From positions 14,080,001-14,144,000 of the forward strand of contig CP068257.2 of the NCBI GenBank assembly GCA_009914755.4: a DNA stretch of 64,000 bases. Reading direction: 5' to 3'. A model generated the notes under the pieces. That model made no database searches. It worked only from the letters and a program-made list of their open reading frames with translations, and had not been told where the DNA came from. Shown here one piece after another: positions 27,930 through 41,556 of this stretch. This stretch comes from the human T2T-CHM13v2.0 reference genome, Homo sapiens. The position numbers were made by a program, and so were the translations under genes. Within the stretch, counting starts at the first letter, position 1. Every line of letters starts with the position of its first letter.

Positions 27930-30900
27930 AGATGGGGAATACTCTTAAGGGTCATAAACATGATGCAGATATGGTTGAAAGGTTGGGTGACAGGTAGGAA
28001 AAAGGACTCTGTGGCAAGGGAGGATGGAAACCATCATTTATCTAGGACTAACTATATCCATTGTTCTTTGCTAGCTATTTCTCATAAAGTATCTCATTTC
28101 TTTTTTCTGGATTGCATGAATGCTTAATGTTTTAGCTCTGGAATTCTATAAAAAGTAGGAAGAGACTTAAAATTTAGAATTCTTGGCATTTTTAAGCTTT
28201 AATGGAAAGGGTATACCTTCAGATTTATGTGCCCATAGAGGTATATGAGTAATTTATTTTAATGCTAAAGTGCTGTTAATCCAAAAAGATTGAGAAAAAC
28301 TTCAATCTGTGACAGTAGGATATGCAGCATACCTGAACCATTTGTTACCCGCCAAAAACTTGAAAACCAGGATTAGTTGCCTGGTGAGTAATAAACAACT
28401 CTTCAAGAGAATGCAGGTTTTGGTCAGTAGGAGTTTTACTACTTGTCACAAATAAGGAGAATACTTGGAGTATTCTTTAGAGCATTGTTGCCTCTAGGGA
28501 AAGTGACAGGGAGGTTTTATGGGGTGATGGAGAGGGGAGAGGGTGTGACATCACATGTAGAGGAGGGGTCCCAGTGGTGCAAATGCAGTGAGTCACTATG
28601 TCAGCAGGTAGGTCACGTGTTATGGTAATGAAGCTGTAGTTCCCCCCCAGGGTGCTGACTTTAGCATGATAATGAGGAAAGTTCACTTGGGTTCATCTGC
28701 ATGTTGCGAGGGTCTGTCAGGAGCTGGCTCCAACTGACTAGGTGAGAGCTCATTCCTCACAGGGTTTGGGAAAAAACAGGTGGCAAGGTAGGAGGTTGTA
28801 AACAGGCCAGTTACTTAAGTTGATTAAATTCCTATAGTCCCGGGGGACCCTCCTTGTCTGCTTACACATTCATGGGACTGTCATATAGATTATTTGCAAT
28901 AGGGAATTTCAGTAATATTATATTTTATACAAACCTTCAAGTGAGATTGACAGGACCAGAACTGGGAAATTCTAGATGGAATGTAGGAGTGTAGAAAGTT
29001 TGCTTAGTAAGTGGGCCTGACTTATGTCATTTAGAAGAATTCTTCAATTTAGAAGAATTAGAAAATGTGCTTATTAGTTGGCCTGATATATGTATGCTTC
29101 TCGTTCCTGTATGAGAGGGAAAAAAAAAAAAAGGCTTCTCTTTACCTTTCTAAGTTCTTTGGCTGGACTAGAAATTAAATTGACAAGAGGCAGATTAACA
29201 GGAGAAAACCCATTTTAATTACATAGGTACTTACAGGAGTCCCACAAAATAAGAGACTTGAAGAAGGGTCACATGATTGAAGCTTATGTAGCATCCAGAG
29301 CTACAAAAAGTGATAGGGGTTTGGGGCTTCTGGGAGGGGTGGCAACACAAGTTATGAGAGGGTGGGGGAGGAAATGTATGGTGAATAAAGGGTGTCTTGT
29401 GTAGATAAAAAGTCACTCAAGTAATAAAAGTTGTTGCAACCCTCTTGCTGATACAGATACTTTTTCTAATGTAGATTTCCTTTAAAAATGGATTTTTTTT
29501 CACAAAAGGACAGTTTTTCAAGGTTACTCTTGTGTCCGCAGTTTCTCAAAATAACTACCTCAAAATATGCCAAAGAAGTATATTTTTGGGTGGCATATTC
29601 TAGTCGCCTGCAGTCTTATTTGGAGGTGGTGTGTCCTGAGCCCCAGCATTCCCATCTCCAATAATTAGTTAGTGCCTCTTTTCTGTGGGATAAGCTTGTC
29701 TTGTGATATGGCTTGTTCCAGCTCACATCTGCAGGCTCTGCTGTATTCATTTATTCAGTCAATGTTGATTGCTTGCCATGTGCCAGGCATTATATGTATG
29801 TACCAGGAGTACAGTGATGAACGAATTATGGTCTCATTGATAACTTTGAAATGATTAACATTTGGTGCCTAGCAGTGCTTTAGTGCACGTGCTTCTGAAG
29901 TTTAAGAGTTCTTGTCGTCTTTGGATTTACCTTGTGATTAACCATAGTGTATTATTATAATTTGTGGTGAGTCTCACAGAAGGCACCTACATGTGCAGAG
30001 ACCTTTGCATTATGAAGGAGAATGGTGTTCTGTAGACCCTGAATGAAAGAGAGGGAAGAGGAATGCCAGGGGGAAAGCAAAGCAAGTTAGTGCTGGGGAC
30101 AGAGGTAGGGACTCTAGCATGCAGAGGTCCTTTAAGCTGTGAGGACTATACTATAGGAAAATTCCTCAGACAAGTCATAGAATATTACAGTTGAGGGAAA
30201 TGAAAGATCCGGCTTACACATTAACAAGAAAAACATGACTCAGGAGATTTTTTCTTCTTCTTTGCTTTCTGGCTATTTAGAGACTGGTTTGGACTTACAA
30301 ACATGAAGGATGTGTTATGTACTTGAAATTCTTGGACAGTGAGTATTAGAGGTTTCTTATGGTAAGAGAACATGAGCTAGAGCAGTGTAGTGTTAGCAGG
30401 TAGATGCAGAGGTTTTTGCAAAATCAGGTGTGTGTGTGATTACTCACTTTAAAGACAGTATAATGAATTAATCTTGTCATTGACAGGTAACTTTGAAATG
30501 CCTACATTTGGTGCTTAGCAGTGCGTGTGATTCTGAAGTTTAAGAATGTCTTTGGAGTTTCTATCAGTTTTTTTTTTTTCCTCTGTTCTTAGAAAATTTG
30601 GAAGGTTTTTTTAGAGGTCATTCTAAGAGTTGCGCCCCCCGCCTTACACCTATCCCCAAGGATGGAAACCTTTGACTTTCTTTTCCTGAACCAAGTTTCA
30701 TTTATATTTGGAAATTTAGCTGAAGGAGCCAAGGACTGACTTAATGAGTCACCCACCGCTTAACACAAACTGTTTTTCTCCTTTGTTGTCAGTGGTGCTT
30801 TAGTTTTCTTTTACCATTTTATAAGTATTTTACATCAACATAATAGTGGATTTTTGCACTGAGTTTTCATTTTTTATTGAATCTTTAATCTCCAATGTTA

Positions 30901-33650
30901 GATATCCTAGAGTTGAGAAAATATGGCAAGGACATGGAATTTGAACGACCAAGTTTCAACCCTGTCTCTGCACTTACTAATGTCTTGAAGTCTGTGTTAG
31001 CTATGAAATGAGAGTAACTTTCTAGAGGGTGTGTGGGTATGTCTGTATTAAATGAGAGTATATATTGGAAACATTGGAAACAGTCTGGTATAGGGAAGTT
31101 TAAACCTTCACTCTGAAAGTTCGATTAATTGAGTGCTGAAATAAACTGACAGTAAACAGATTAGCAAGAGAAAGTGCATACAAATTTATTGACATGGAAG
31201 CATGGGTGGGAGCTACAAAAAAAATATGAGGCTCTAAAAAGGGCCAGATGATTGAAGCCTGAATCCCCTCTTCATAAAGGGAGAAGTGGAGGATGCAGGC
31301 AATTTTAGAGGAAGAGTAAATGATTTCAAGGGGAGATGAGTGTGCCTGAAGAGCAGACAATGACCTGGAACAAAATTCTTCCGGGCTCTGGGAGAGATGG
31401 TGGCAATTTTTTGGGAAGGTGAGGGGCAGAACTGTACTGCAAACAAAAGTTGTCTTTGTTATATAGATAAAGTCTCTGAGGTAAGAAATAGCCCTTAGAA
31501 GAATAGTCAAAAGAATAGGTGAAAAGTCTGTCTGGGTATGGTATGCCCAGGTGCATGGCAATTTTTAGTTTTCTTTCCTGCTATAGGAGTTAATCTTCTC
31601 TGGTTTATATAGATTCCAGGGAATTATCCAAGACAATTTCGTTCCTTCTGGATGAACGTCCCTCAGTCAGATAAGGGAACTTCAGAGAAAACCTCTCCCT
31701 GTGCTTTGGAAGGGAAAACGGGGAGGCAGGAGAATGTTGGAGAGAGACCTTGCTTCTGAGTCCTTTCAATTGCTTTTGTTCAGAGCACTCAGCAAGCCAG
31801 AATGCCATACTTTAGGGCATTGTTTTCGTAACCTCAACATTGATATACAGCAAGAGTATAATAAATTCATATTTTCTTGCCTTGTCTTGGGCCAGTGATC
31901 CCTTTTTTTGCATCCTCAAAAAGTTATACTGATGTTAAATATGCCCTCTTTACTGAAACAGATTTTAAAAATACCCAGCATTAAGTGGGGTCACCTGAGA
32001 AGGGAAAGAATTTCTATGAAACTCTCAGGTTTTTAATTTATATTGAAATTACCAATATTTCCTTATATCTGAAGTGCATAGTACTGTATTTTGCACATAG
32101 TAGACACTTAAGGATGTTATTGTGCAGTAAAAATAACAGGAAGGAATCTGAAGACTTGTAGGTAATCTTGACTTCTTTGCTTATTAATTTTTGTGGTGTT
32201 TGCAAGTAACTGAATCTCTTTGGACGTTGCATCTTGCCCCTTTGGTTTAGCAGTGGGAAGAGGTTGAACCCACCTCCCTGTACTTAACTAGAGAAAAAAA
32301 ATCCATACAAGGAGCATCTCAGAGCCCAGAAGAGGAGCTCTAGATATGGAAGTGGATTGGATGGGAACCACCTTGGATTTGGAATTGCTGGTCAGGGAGA
32401 GGACCATATTTAGGACATTTCCAGTTGAGGATCAGGGCGTATCACAGGTCAGAAGTTTCATAAATGGGAAGGTACAAACCTTGAAAAACAGACTAGGGTC
32501 TTAATCACAACAGAAATGGCAACAAAACCCCCACATAATTGCAGGAAATGAAGGTTCAGGGTTTCAAATACAGGAAAAACACAACTGGAAGATGCCAGTA
32601 ACAAAGGGAAAAAAACTTTGCAAATGAGGTGGCTTCTCTAACTTAAACTTAGGATTTTTCTCATTGCTCACCTCTTCCCATTTCTCTCTACCTAGGTTTA
32701 GCTAAGAAAATTCTTTCACTTTTTTTGTTTTCTTTTCCACCTGGCCTTCTCCCCGATCACCAGTTCTTTTCATTGTTTCATTTTCAGTCAAGATTTATGA
32801 AAACATGAACCATACTAGAGATACACCTGATTTTTTTCTAGGATATTTGTCTGAATTTATAGTAAAAGATAAAACAGCAAAATAACAGTTTCAAAGACCT
32901 TGCTCTTCTCCATAATATACTCAGTATTCTTATTGCACTTTATCAAACCACCATAACAAACCACCTCAAAACCCAGTGGCATACCAAAATATTGTCACTC
33001 ACACTCACAGATTTGCTGGTTGGCTGGGTTGACTTTTTTCACATGTGCCTCATTCTTCTTAGGCAAGTGGGCTACCAAGTCATGTTCTTCTTAAGCAGGT
33101 TGCAGAAGTTCAACTGGGCTAGCCCAGCGATGCAGGTAGTTTCATGTCTGCTTGCATGCTGGCTGCTAACATGCCATTGGTCAAATCCCATCATCCATGA
33201 CAAAAGGAAATACATCATGTGTGAGGAAGTAAAAGTGGCAAAGAGTATGAATACAGGGATGGGAGAATTGGGAGGCTAGCATAGGCAGTGTAATCTTTTC
33301 TGGGATTTATATTCGTGTTTGTATTTTACTTTGTGGTTATTAATTTGTGTATATACTATTTTGTATTCTGCTTTAGCGTAATGTGATTTTGTAAGGAAAA
33401 CTTCTGTATAGATTATATATTTTTCACTTAAATAGTTGTATGTGTAACTGAGACTCTGCTTCTAAGTTGATCTGCATCAAAATCATTTGAAGTGCTTATT
33501 AAAATGCCGATCCCTAGACCTTAACCCAGACCCTCTGGAATCAATCTCTGGGGATGAGGCCTGGACATCTTCATTATTAGCAAACTCATGGAGTCATCCT
33601 TCTGTACATTAAAGTTTGAGAACTACTTTCTTAATGGAAGGACATGCATT

Positions 33651-33698
33651 TGTATTAGTCTGTTCTCACGCTGCTATAAGGACATACCTGAGACTGAG
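33651..33698 (-). mobile_element. 48-bp fragment equal to the reverse complement of a THE1-type (MaLR) LTR 3' end.
   Basis: tgtattagtctgttctcacgctgctataaggacatacctgagactgagtga is the reverse complement of the canonical THE1 terminus. Confidence 0.6.
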
Positions 33699-34018
33699 TG
33701 ATATGGTTAGCCTTTGTGTCCCCAACCAAATCTCATCTTGAATTGTAGTTCCCATAATCCCCATGTGTCATGGGAGGGACCAGGTGGAAATAATTGAATC
33801 ATGGGGGCAGTTTCCCCCATCCTGTTCTCATGATAGTGAATAAGTGTCACAAGATCTGATGATTTTATAAAGAGCAGTTCCCCTGAAGATGCTCTCTTGC
33901 CTGCCACCATGTAAGATGTGCCTTTGCCCCTCCTTCACCTTCAGCCGTGATTGTGAGGCCTTCCCAGCCATGTGGAACCATGATTCTGTTAAATCTCTTT
34001 CCTTTATAAATTACCCAG
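33699..34018 (+). mobile_element. THE1-type MaLR LTR, + orientation, lacking its last ~45 bp.
   Basis: tgatatggtt(t)gc..tgtgtcccca.ccaaatctcatcttgaattgtagttcccataatcc...ttcctttataaattacccagt matches the THE1 LTR consensus as I remember it. Confidence 0.7.
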
Positions 34019-34372
34019 TGTATTAGTCTGTTCTCATGCTGCTAATAAAGACATACCTGGGACTGGGTAATTTATAAAGAAAAAGATATTTAATAGACTC
34101 ACAGTTCCACATTGTCAGAGGCCTGACAATCATGGCAGAAGGGAAAGGAGAAGCAACGGTGCATCTTACATGGTGGCAGGCAAGAGAGCATGTGCAGGGG
34201 AACTTTCCTTCACAAAACCATCAGATCTCATAACCCTTAACTCACTATCACAAGAACAGCATGGGAAAAACCCGCCCCCATGATTCAATTACCTTCTACC
34301 AGGTCCCTCCCATGACACATGAGGATTATGGGAGCTACAACTCAATGTGAAATTTGGGTGGGGACACAGCCA
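34019..34372 (-). mobile_element. THE1-type MaLR LTR in reverse orientation, directly abutting the + copy (inverted pair; ~80-85% identity between arms by eye).
   Basis: Begins gtattagtctgttctcatgctgctaataaagacatacctgggactgggtaatttataaag (reverse complement of the LTR 3' end) and ends ...tttgggtggggacacagcc. Confidence 0.7.
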
Positions 34373-36744
34373 TTTTTAAATTTTTATAATTAATGGCCAT
34401 CAACATTTGTACAAATGACTGATTTCCTTGGGTACTAAGTAATTTTTCTCTGAGCCATGATTGAATAATTTTCAGTTGAGGAAAATAATACTTTATATAT
34501 GAAATCAGATTTGGAGTGCTGGTAGCAGTGACATTACAGACTTATAAAAATTATAAAGGATTTTATATTAACTAAATGAAGACATTGAATTGAATAAAGA
34601 TAATTTCTGTAAAACTTTTATGCCTTTAATTCGTAATGTTGGGTATTGCATGGCTTATTCATGATTCCATTGCTATTTATTAGTAATTTTCTAAATGAAA
34701 GTAGTATAAACCAAAAAGTATCTTAAGACAAGTCTCAATCAATTTAGAAAGTTTATTTTGCCAGGGTTAAGTACGTGCCTGTGACACAGCCTCAGGATGT
34801 CCTGACAACATGTGTCTAAGGTGGTTGGGGTACAGCTTGCTTTTATACATTTTAAGGATACATAATATATCAGTCAATTCATGTAAGATTCACATTGGTT
34901 CAATCTGGAAGGGAGGGACAACTCAAGGTCTGGTCACAGGGTGGCTTCCAGGTCATCGGTAGATTTGAATATATTCTGATTGGCAATTGGTTGAGTTATT
35001 ATCAATAGAAAGGAATGTCTGGGTTAAGATAAGGAGTTGTGGAGACCTAGGTTTTATCATGCAAATGAAGCCTCCAAGTTGCAGGCTTTAGAGAGAGTAG
35101 ACTGATAATGTTTCTTACCAGACTTAAGGTCTGTGTTTATGTTAATGCTGGAGAGGTATACTGAGGCATGTCTACCCCCCACTTCCAGTCATGGCCTGAA
35201 CCAGTCTTTCAGGTTAAATTTTAGAGTGCCTTGAAGCTTCAGATTTTGTTTTTGGTTTACGGTATAAAAACTGATAGGTTTAAAGATAATTTTATTTTTC
35301 TCAATTCGGCTCTGTAAATTTGGCAGTTTATTCATCCATTTTGATACTTCCTGGCATTTTATATGACTTTGTTTGTGTACTTTATTATGTATTTTATTTT
35401 TAGGTAGCTTGGTTATCTCAGCTCTGTAAAACCATTTTTATGGAAGTGAAATTCTTTGGTGGCATGGCAGACACTGCCAATGCCTATCCAATGAACATTC
35501 TTTTCTTTTTGATAGCAGAACCCTGATTTCATTTTCACAGCAGCCTTTGCCCACCCAAAAAATTCATTTCCCAATCTCCTTTGCAGCTATGAGTGGCCAT
35601 GCAACTGTGTTGTGCTTTGTGAGGCTTTTGTAAGTGGAAGTTTGTAGGTGGGGCTTGTTAAAGAAGTCTCATTCATTTGGGAGACACCTTTTGTCCTTTG
35701 CCCTTCTCTTTATCCTACCTAGAACTTGGACAGGATGATGGAGGAGGAGACCATGCAGTGACAAACATTCTGATGCATGTTCCACTTTAAAGACTTGATG
35801 TTGGGTGTCCCTACTAGGTCTGGACTGCCCATTGTGTCTTCTAAGTTAGAAAAGAAAGACACTCCAGAGTATTGAAGCTGCTGTTTAGTTGGGAATCTGT
35901 TACATGTAGCTGAATATAGTTTCTATCTAATACATATGATTTCTGTAAAAGATACTTGGGCTGCAATATCTCTTAAACCTTTCATGTAATTTGTTTAGGA
36001 CTTTTTAGACTTCTGAAAATACATATTTTATACATAAATTGTCAAGCATGTTTTGAAATGCACATTTTACAATTTGATGTCAACAAAGCTGAATGCAGAA
36101 CATTTTAAAACTTTTTATTTTGAAATTTCAAATTTAAAGTTGCAAGACTTAGTACACAGAACTTCCATAACTTTTTTTCTCCCCAAACCATTTGATAGTA
36201 AGTTGCAGGCATCATGCCCCTTTAGCACTTAAATTCTTCAGGATATATTTCCTAATAAAAAAGATACTCTCTTACTATACTGGAGTTATCAAATTCAAGA
36301 ATTTAATATTAATGAAATGTCATTACTAAGCTGTGCATATTTATATTTCTCCGGTTGTCTCAATATCCTGCATAACATTTGGTATGGGATGCAGTCAGTT
36401 CCCCCTTTGGCTCACATGCTTCTTTAGTCTCCTTTAGGGTGGAGACTTCACCTGCTTTTCATGGCATAGACATTTTTGAAGATGATAGAATAATTATTTT
36501 TCACAGTGTCCTTCAGTTTGGGTTTGTGTGATGCTTCCTCAAGATTAGATTTCGGTTGTGCATTTTCGGCAGGGCTATCTCACAGATTATAGAGTGTCAG
36601 GAGGCACGCACTGCCATTTTATCCTATTATTGGTAATACTAACTTTGATCTCTTGGTTAAGGCAGTGACTGTCAGGGTTTACACTGTTGTTACAGTAGGT
36701 AGCTAGTCAGACATGAGCAGGGCAGAAGGGGGCCTCCCCCCCAG

Positions 36745-37390
36745 GAATGTCAGGCAACCATTAGGCGGTGGTCAGGCTGTTATTAACCATCTCTCTGAAA
36801 TAATAATTGGTCGCAGCCGGTGCCAGGGAAAGGCAGTCTCCCAATAGATAGAAACACCTGAAACTGGTGATTAGCAACTTCCTGATAAGATTCCAGGATT
36901 TGAGTGAATGGGCTCAAGCATATATGCACTAAGAGGCAAAACGGTGGAGTTTAACTGACATATGACCTTTGTTTAGGAACACCCAACTGGTAAGGGAAAA
37001 ACGCCTTAAGTGAGCACATGCACAATTTCAGTAAACACACTGTGCGTGCAGCCCCTCCCCAGTGCTGGCAGGCCACTGCACCTGTGGACAGCCATCCTGT
37101 AGGAAGAATCAGGGGAGAAGAAATGCAAACCCTGGAAGCATGCCAGTGTATAAAACCCCAAGTCAAAGGTCAGCTGTTCACTTGATCTTTCAAGTTGCCC
37201 GCTTGGCCCCCTTCCAAGTGTACTTTACTTCCTTTCATTCCTGCTCTAAAGCTTTTTAATAAACTTTCACTCCTGCTCTAAAAACTTGCCTTGATGTCTC
37301 TCTCTGCCCTATGCGCCTTGGTCAAATTCCTTCTGAGGAAGCAGGAAGTGAGCTTGCTGTAGACCTGTACGGGTTCGCCACTGTTAACAC
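36745..37390 (+). mobile_element. Probable solitary ERV1-type LTR with TATAAAA (~37150) and AATAAA (~37257).
   Basis: LTR-like U3-R-U5 layout: ...gcatgccagtgtataaaaccccaagtcaaagg...gctttttaataaactttcactcctgctc...gggttcgccactgttaaca; family not assigned. Confidence 0.5.
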
Positions 37391-38305
37391 AATAAAGTTA
37401 TTCTTTCTCCCTTTATAATTTGTGGAAGAGAATTTAAAATGATGTAAATATTCTGTTCCTGATCAAACTTTCATTCAGTAGTTTTATCATCCATTGAAGA
37501 TTCCTGACTGAATTATTGCTGAGATAAATGTGAAACATCTTTTTAAAAAAGATTTCAATAGATCCTATTCTATTGACTAGGTTTGCTTTTCCTATCATAT
37601 CCATTGTGATTTTTTATTTCATGGTACTGTTCTATAGTGTTGGGAACTTCAAGAAATACAGAGATGTAAGGAGGAAGTTGGTTTTTATTTAAGGGCCATC
37701 AGGGGAGAGTTTGATAGTGAAATCCTATCTCTCTACCTCTTTTCCCTTCCAGTACAATGCAGTCAATTTTATAGGCCAATAGCATATAAAGAACTGAAGC
37801 AAATGGGGGCAAATGATCTATTCAATTTAGAATCTTTTATGACAGATTGGACAGTGAAATGATCTTCTTTTTAAAGTAGATCTGAAGATCTCCGTGGTAT
37901 AATTACCCACCGAGTTATGTCTTGCCGAAAGCATGTCTTTTCCAAAGGTGTTTCTCTCCTTGTGCTTACCATCATGGATAAGGCCCCTTTTCTTGTTAGG
38001 TGGCATAAATGAGGGGATGAAGAAAAGGACAGAAACTGCTAATTCAGTAAGACTTATTGGGGAGTAATGTAGAGAAGTTACCTTTTCGAAACGTGAGAAT
38101 GAAATAAGGGTTCTCCACAGCATGATTCATTCTTTCTAAAAGAATGAAGTTGTTTGGCCTTTCTCAAGTTCTTTTTCCTTTTTTACTCTAGTTTACTTTA
38201 TTCTGTTTTTTGTTTGTTTTGGAAAACCAAAGGTGATTTGTTTTCTTTTCCTAGTATATTTTCAGAGTTGAGAATATAATGATTTTGGGTTTTTCCTCCC
38301 TCTAG

Positions 38306-38383
38306 CACCAGCAGACGTTTTTGAATCAACTGAGAGAAATTACGGGGATTAATGACACCCAGATACTACAGCAAGCCTTGAAG
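38306..38383 (+). CDS. USP25: USP25 coding exon 2 (78 nt, [26 protein letters not shown]; N-terminal part of the UBA-like ubiquitin-binding region).
   Basis: Polypyrimidine tract plus AG acceptor (ttttcctccctctAG|CACCAG), GTATGG donor at 38384; in frame with exon 1; peptide matches remembered USP25 sequence. Confidence 0.85.
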
Positions 38384-41300
38384 GTATGGCCTCTGTTTTA
38401 TGATATACAGTTTGTGGTATATGCTCATCTCTAGTGCGTATTATATTTGATAGTTGATTTTTTTTTTGGGGTATACCATGTGGTAGTTTTAGAGATACAG
38501 GAATGGACTTTGTAAAGTAAAATCCTCAGTTAACACACTGCGGTTTTGAGGATGTTAGCTTTCAGCAGTCTGATGTCCATGATACCTTAGAGTGACAGAT
38601 AACCTCTTTCTATATATGAAATGCTTTTTGTGCAAGATAGTGGGATGTGAATCCTAATTCTAATGGATGGTTTTACTTACGAGCTGTGATTTTAGAGTTT
38701 AAATGAGGGTTCAAGGTGGGGTGTATTAGAGGATGAGGTGTAAGAGAAGGGAAAAGTAGAAAATTAATAGAAGTCTGAAAACTTACATTTTTCTTCTCCT
38801 GAGAAGCAGAGATATAAATTTGCACCCATTCAGCTAATTACACCCTAAGTTAAACATTCGATTTCAAACTCTTCAGTATAGGCAACAACTAAAATGTATC
38901 ATTTTGGTCATATCTTAGTTGGACCTTCAGTTTCACATCGACATCCAAATGAGTCATATCATATGGATACTCACATTGAAAAAGAGTGAATGAAAGCTAT
39001 TTAAGAACCAGAACTGTACAGTATTTTAAGCTTATTTGCATATTACTACTATAGGCTAAAAACAATATAGCATTTTTGCCACTGCAGTCATATACACAGC
39101 TCCAATCCTTTGGAACTTGATTTCAAGCCTAGAGTTCTTTATTTGTTTTTAGAAATAATCTATTAGATGATTATAATAAAAGTCATTATAACAATAAGTA
39201 GTACCGATTAAACATTTAGTACTACCAGGCAGTATTTTAAGTACTGTATGTGGGCTAGCTCATCCTAATAATAAATAACTCTATGAGATAAGTATTAGTT
39301 TCATCCCCTTTATGAAAAGATGAGCAACAGAGAGGTTAAAGTAACTTGCCCAGGATCACACAGCCTGTATGTGGAGAAGCTTGGAATAGAAACCAAGGCA
39401 GCCTGATCCCAGGTGCCACACTTAATTTATGCTTCTTTTACTAGAAGCTTTGCTTCACCTTATTCCCCCATCAGGAAAATCATGAAATAGTAGTGTTTAG
39501 AGCATTAATGCGGGGTGTATGAAGCCACTGTAAGTATTTGGAGAGGAAGCAGAAGTGCTATACCTCAATTTTTATGATTATGACGTTTAGATAATTGCTA
39601 GTCCCTTTTTATTCTGATAAATATCATTACTAAATTCCATGTTTGTTTTCAGAAACTGCCTTTTTCATTATGTATTACTGAGTGTGAGACCATAGCCTAT
39701 CACCTTGCCAGGGTAAATTTGGGGAATTTGCTTTTTTTTTTTTTTTTAAACTTAGAAAATATGTAGCTCGAATGAAGTCTTATCCACATTTCCTTTGATA
39801 GAGGTTGTGTGAGCATAGGTATTTTTAATTTTCCAAAATTTTTGTTTCAGTTACCAGTAGCTAGGGGAAAAGAGTGTATTTAAACCTTAATTGTTGCCCA
39901 TTATAAATACTGACGAGAAGTCTACTTTTGAGCACTGTAATGTCATTGATTAATTTCAGTACTTTTAATTTGAGAACATATTTTTAGCTCTAAAAAGTAA
40001 ATGAACTTCAATTTGTGTAAATTCCTGCTGTGTTGTTTTAAATTATTATATGAGGTAATATATGAAAAACACTTAGCACATTTCTTGGCATATAGTAAGT
40101 GCTCAATAAATGTTAGCCATCATTATTGCGCTTTATTTTATTGTTAGATTACTTATTTAACAATAGTGTATCTTACATTTTGGATGAGTCACTTAGGAAT
40201 CGTCTAATGATCATGACAGATAGCATTTTTGAAAGTGGTGGTGCCTTTGAAACTGCATCCTTACTCCTTTTGTCACTGACTGCTACAACTGGAATTGGGG
40301 TAGGTCTTGGGGACTTTATTCTGCCAGCTGCTCAGTCCTTAAATTTTGGAATCATCCTGATCCTACTTCTGTCATGTCCCACATTTAATAAGATAGCAAT
40401 AATATTGGATGCTGTCTTCTGCCCTTTCTCTCCTCTAGTCTATTCTTAATACATGGAGTAAACTTTTTAAAATGTAAGTCATACTATGTCATTCCTTTCC
40501 AAAACACTCCACTGGCTTCTTATTACACCCGTGTGCATGTCTAAGTTCTTAGGGAACCTACAGAGCCTTCCATGTTTTGGTTTTCTGTTACAAAGATAGC
40601 TTCGTTGTGAATATCTGGGTTTCCTATGTTGTTTTGGTTAACTGTTTTAGAGCTAACGTTTTACTTGCTGTCAGTTGTGCAGAGAATATAAAGATGTAAC
40701 TGGGCAAGTCTCTTCTCATTTTGCTGTTTTAAATTAAAATTCTTATTCTGGCATCTGCTTTCTTCTAAATAAACTTTAGAATAATTTTATTCAGCTATAC
40801 TTTTGATGAGAACTATGCAAAATGTATCTATTTAATTTGAGCAGGATTGTCATCTTGACAGTATTGAGTATTTCTGTCTAGAGTTCTATGTGTCTTTCCA
40901 TAATTCCATATTATCAAGCCCTTCAGTACATTTTGCCATTTTCTTCCCATGAGTCCTTGACATTTTGCTTAAGTTTGCCCCTAAGTATGTATCCAGCACC
41001 CAGATTAAAAGGAATATCTTTTATTGTCCTTGTTTGTAGAAGTACTAATTTTAATACCCATTTTGCACTCTTTCGTATGGCAAGTTCCAGAAGACCTTTT
41101 TTAGTTTATTTGTTCAAAAGTATAAGTTTGTGATTCACTTTTATTAAGCAGATAGGAAAGTAATGAAGACTAAGAAATTAGAGATGGATTTTTACATTGT
41201 ATCAGTAGTTTTAATTAGTAAGAAAGGTATTACTATTGATATAGTATACTTTATGTATGATGCATTTACACTATAAAATTAGAATCACATATAGATTAAT

Positions 41301-41411
41301 TGCAAATTTAAAGCAATTTTGTTCTAGAGAGTTATGGAGAATATTGTATAACTTTTTTTGATGGATAAAATTATTTCAAAACACTTGATACTCCTTTCTT
41401 GATATTTGAAG

Positions 41412-41556
41412 GATAGTAATGGAAACTTGGAATTAGCAGTGGCTTTCCTTACTGCGAAGAATGCTAAGACCCCTCAGCAGGAGGAGACAACTTACTACCA
41501 AACAGCACTTCCTGGCAATGATAGATACATCAGTGTGGGAAGCCAAGCAGATACAA
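41412..41556 (+). CDS. USP25: USP25 coding exon 3 (145 nt, [48 protein letters not shown] plus first nt of Asn codon).
   Basis: Acceptor tttgaAG|GATAGT, donor A|GTAAGT at 41557; ends in phase 1, completed by AT at start of exon 4. Confidence 0.85.

Noticed and set aside
31100-31561. 153-aa minus-strand ORF.
   Set aside because: Lies within an old degenerate repeat fragment; no recognisable protein similarity from memory, no splice signals; most likely chance.
34790-35330. Sequence resembling another dispersed repeat family (agtttattttgccagggttaag...ctgattggcaattggttgag...ggagacctaggtttt atcatgcaaatgaagcctcc...).
   Set aside because: The pattern looks familiar but I cannot name or orient the family confidently, so it is not listed as a feature. 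The same applies to fragments at ~10590-10760, ~13180-13420, ~22630-22760 and ~36400-36700.
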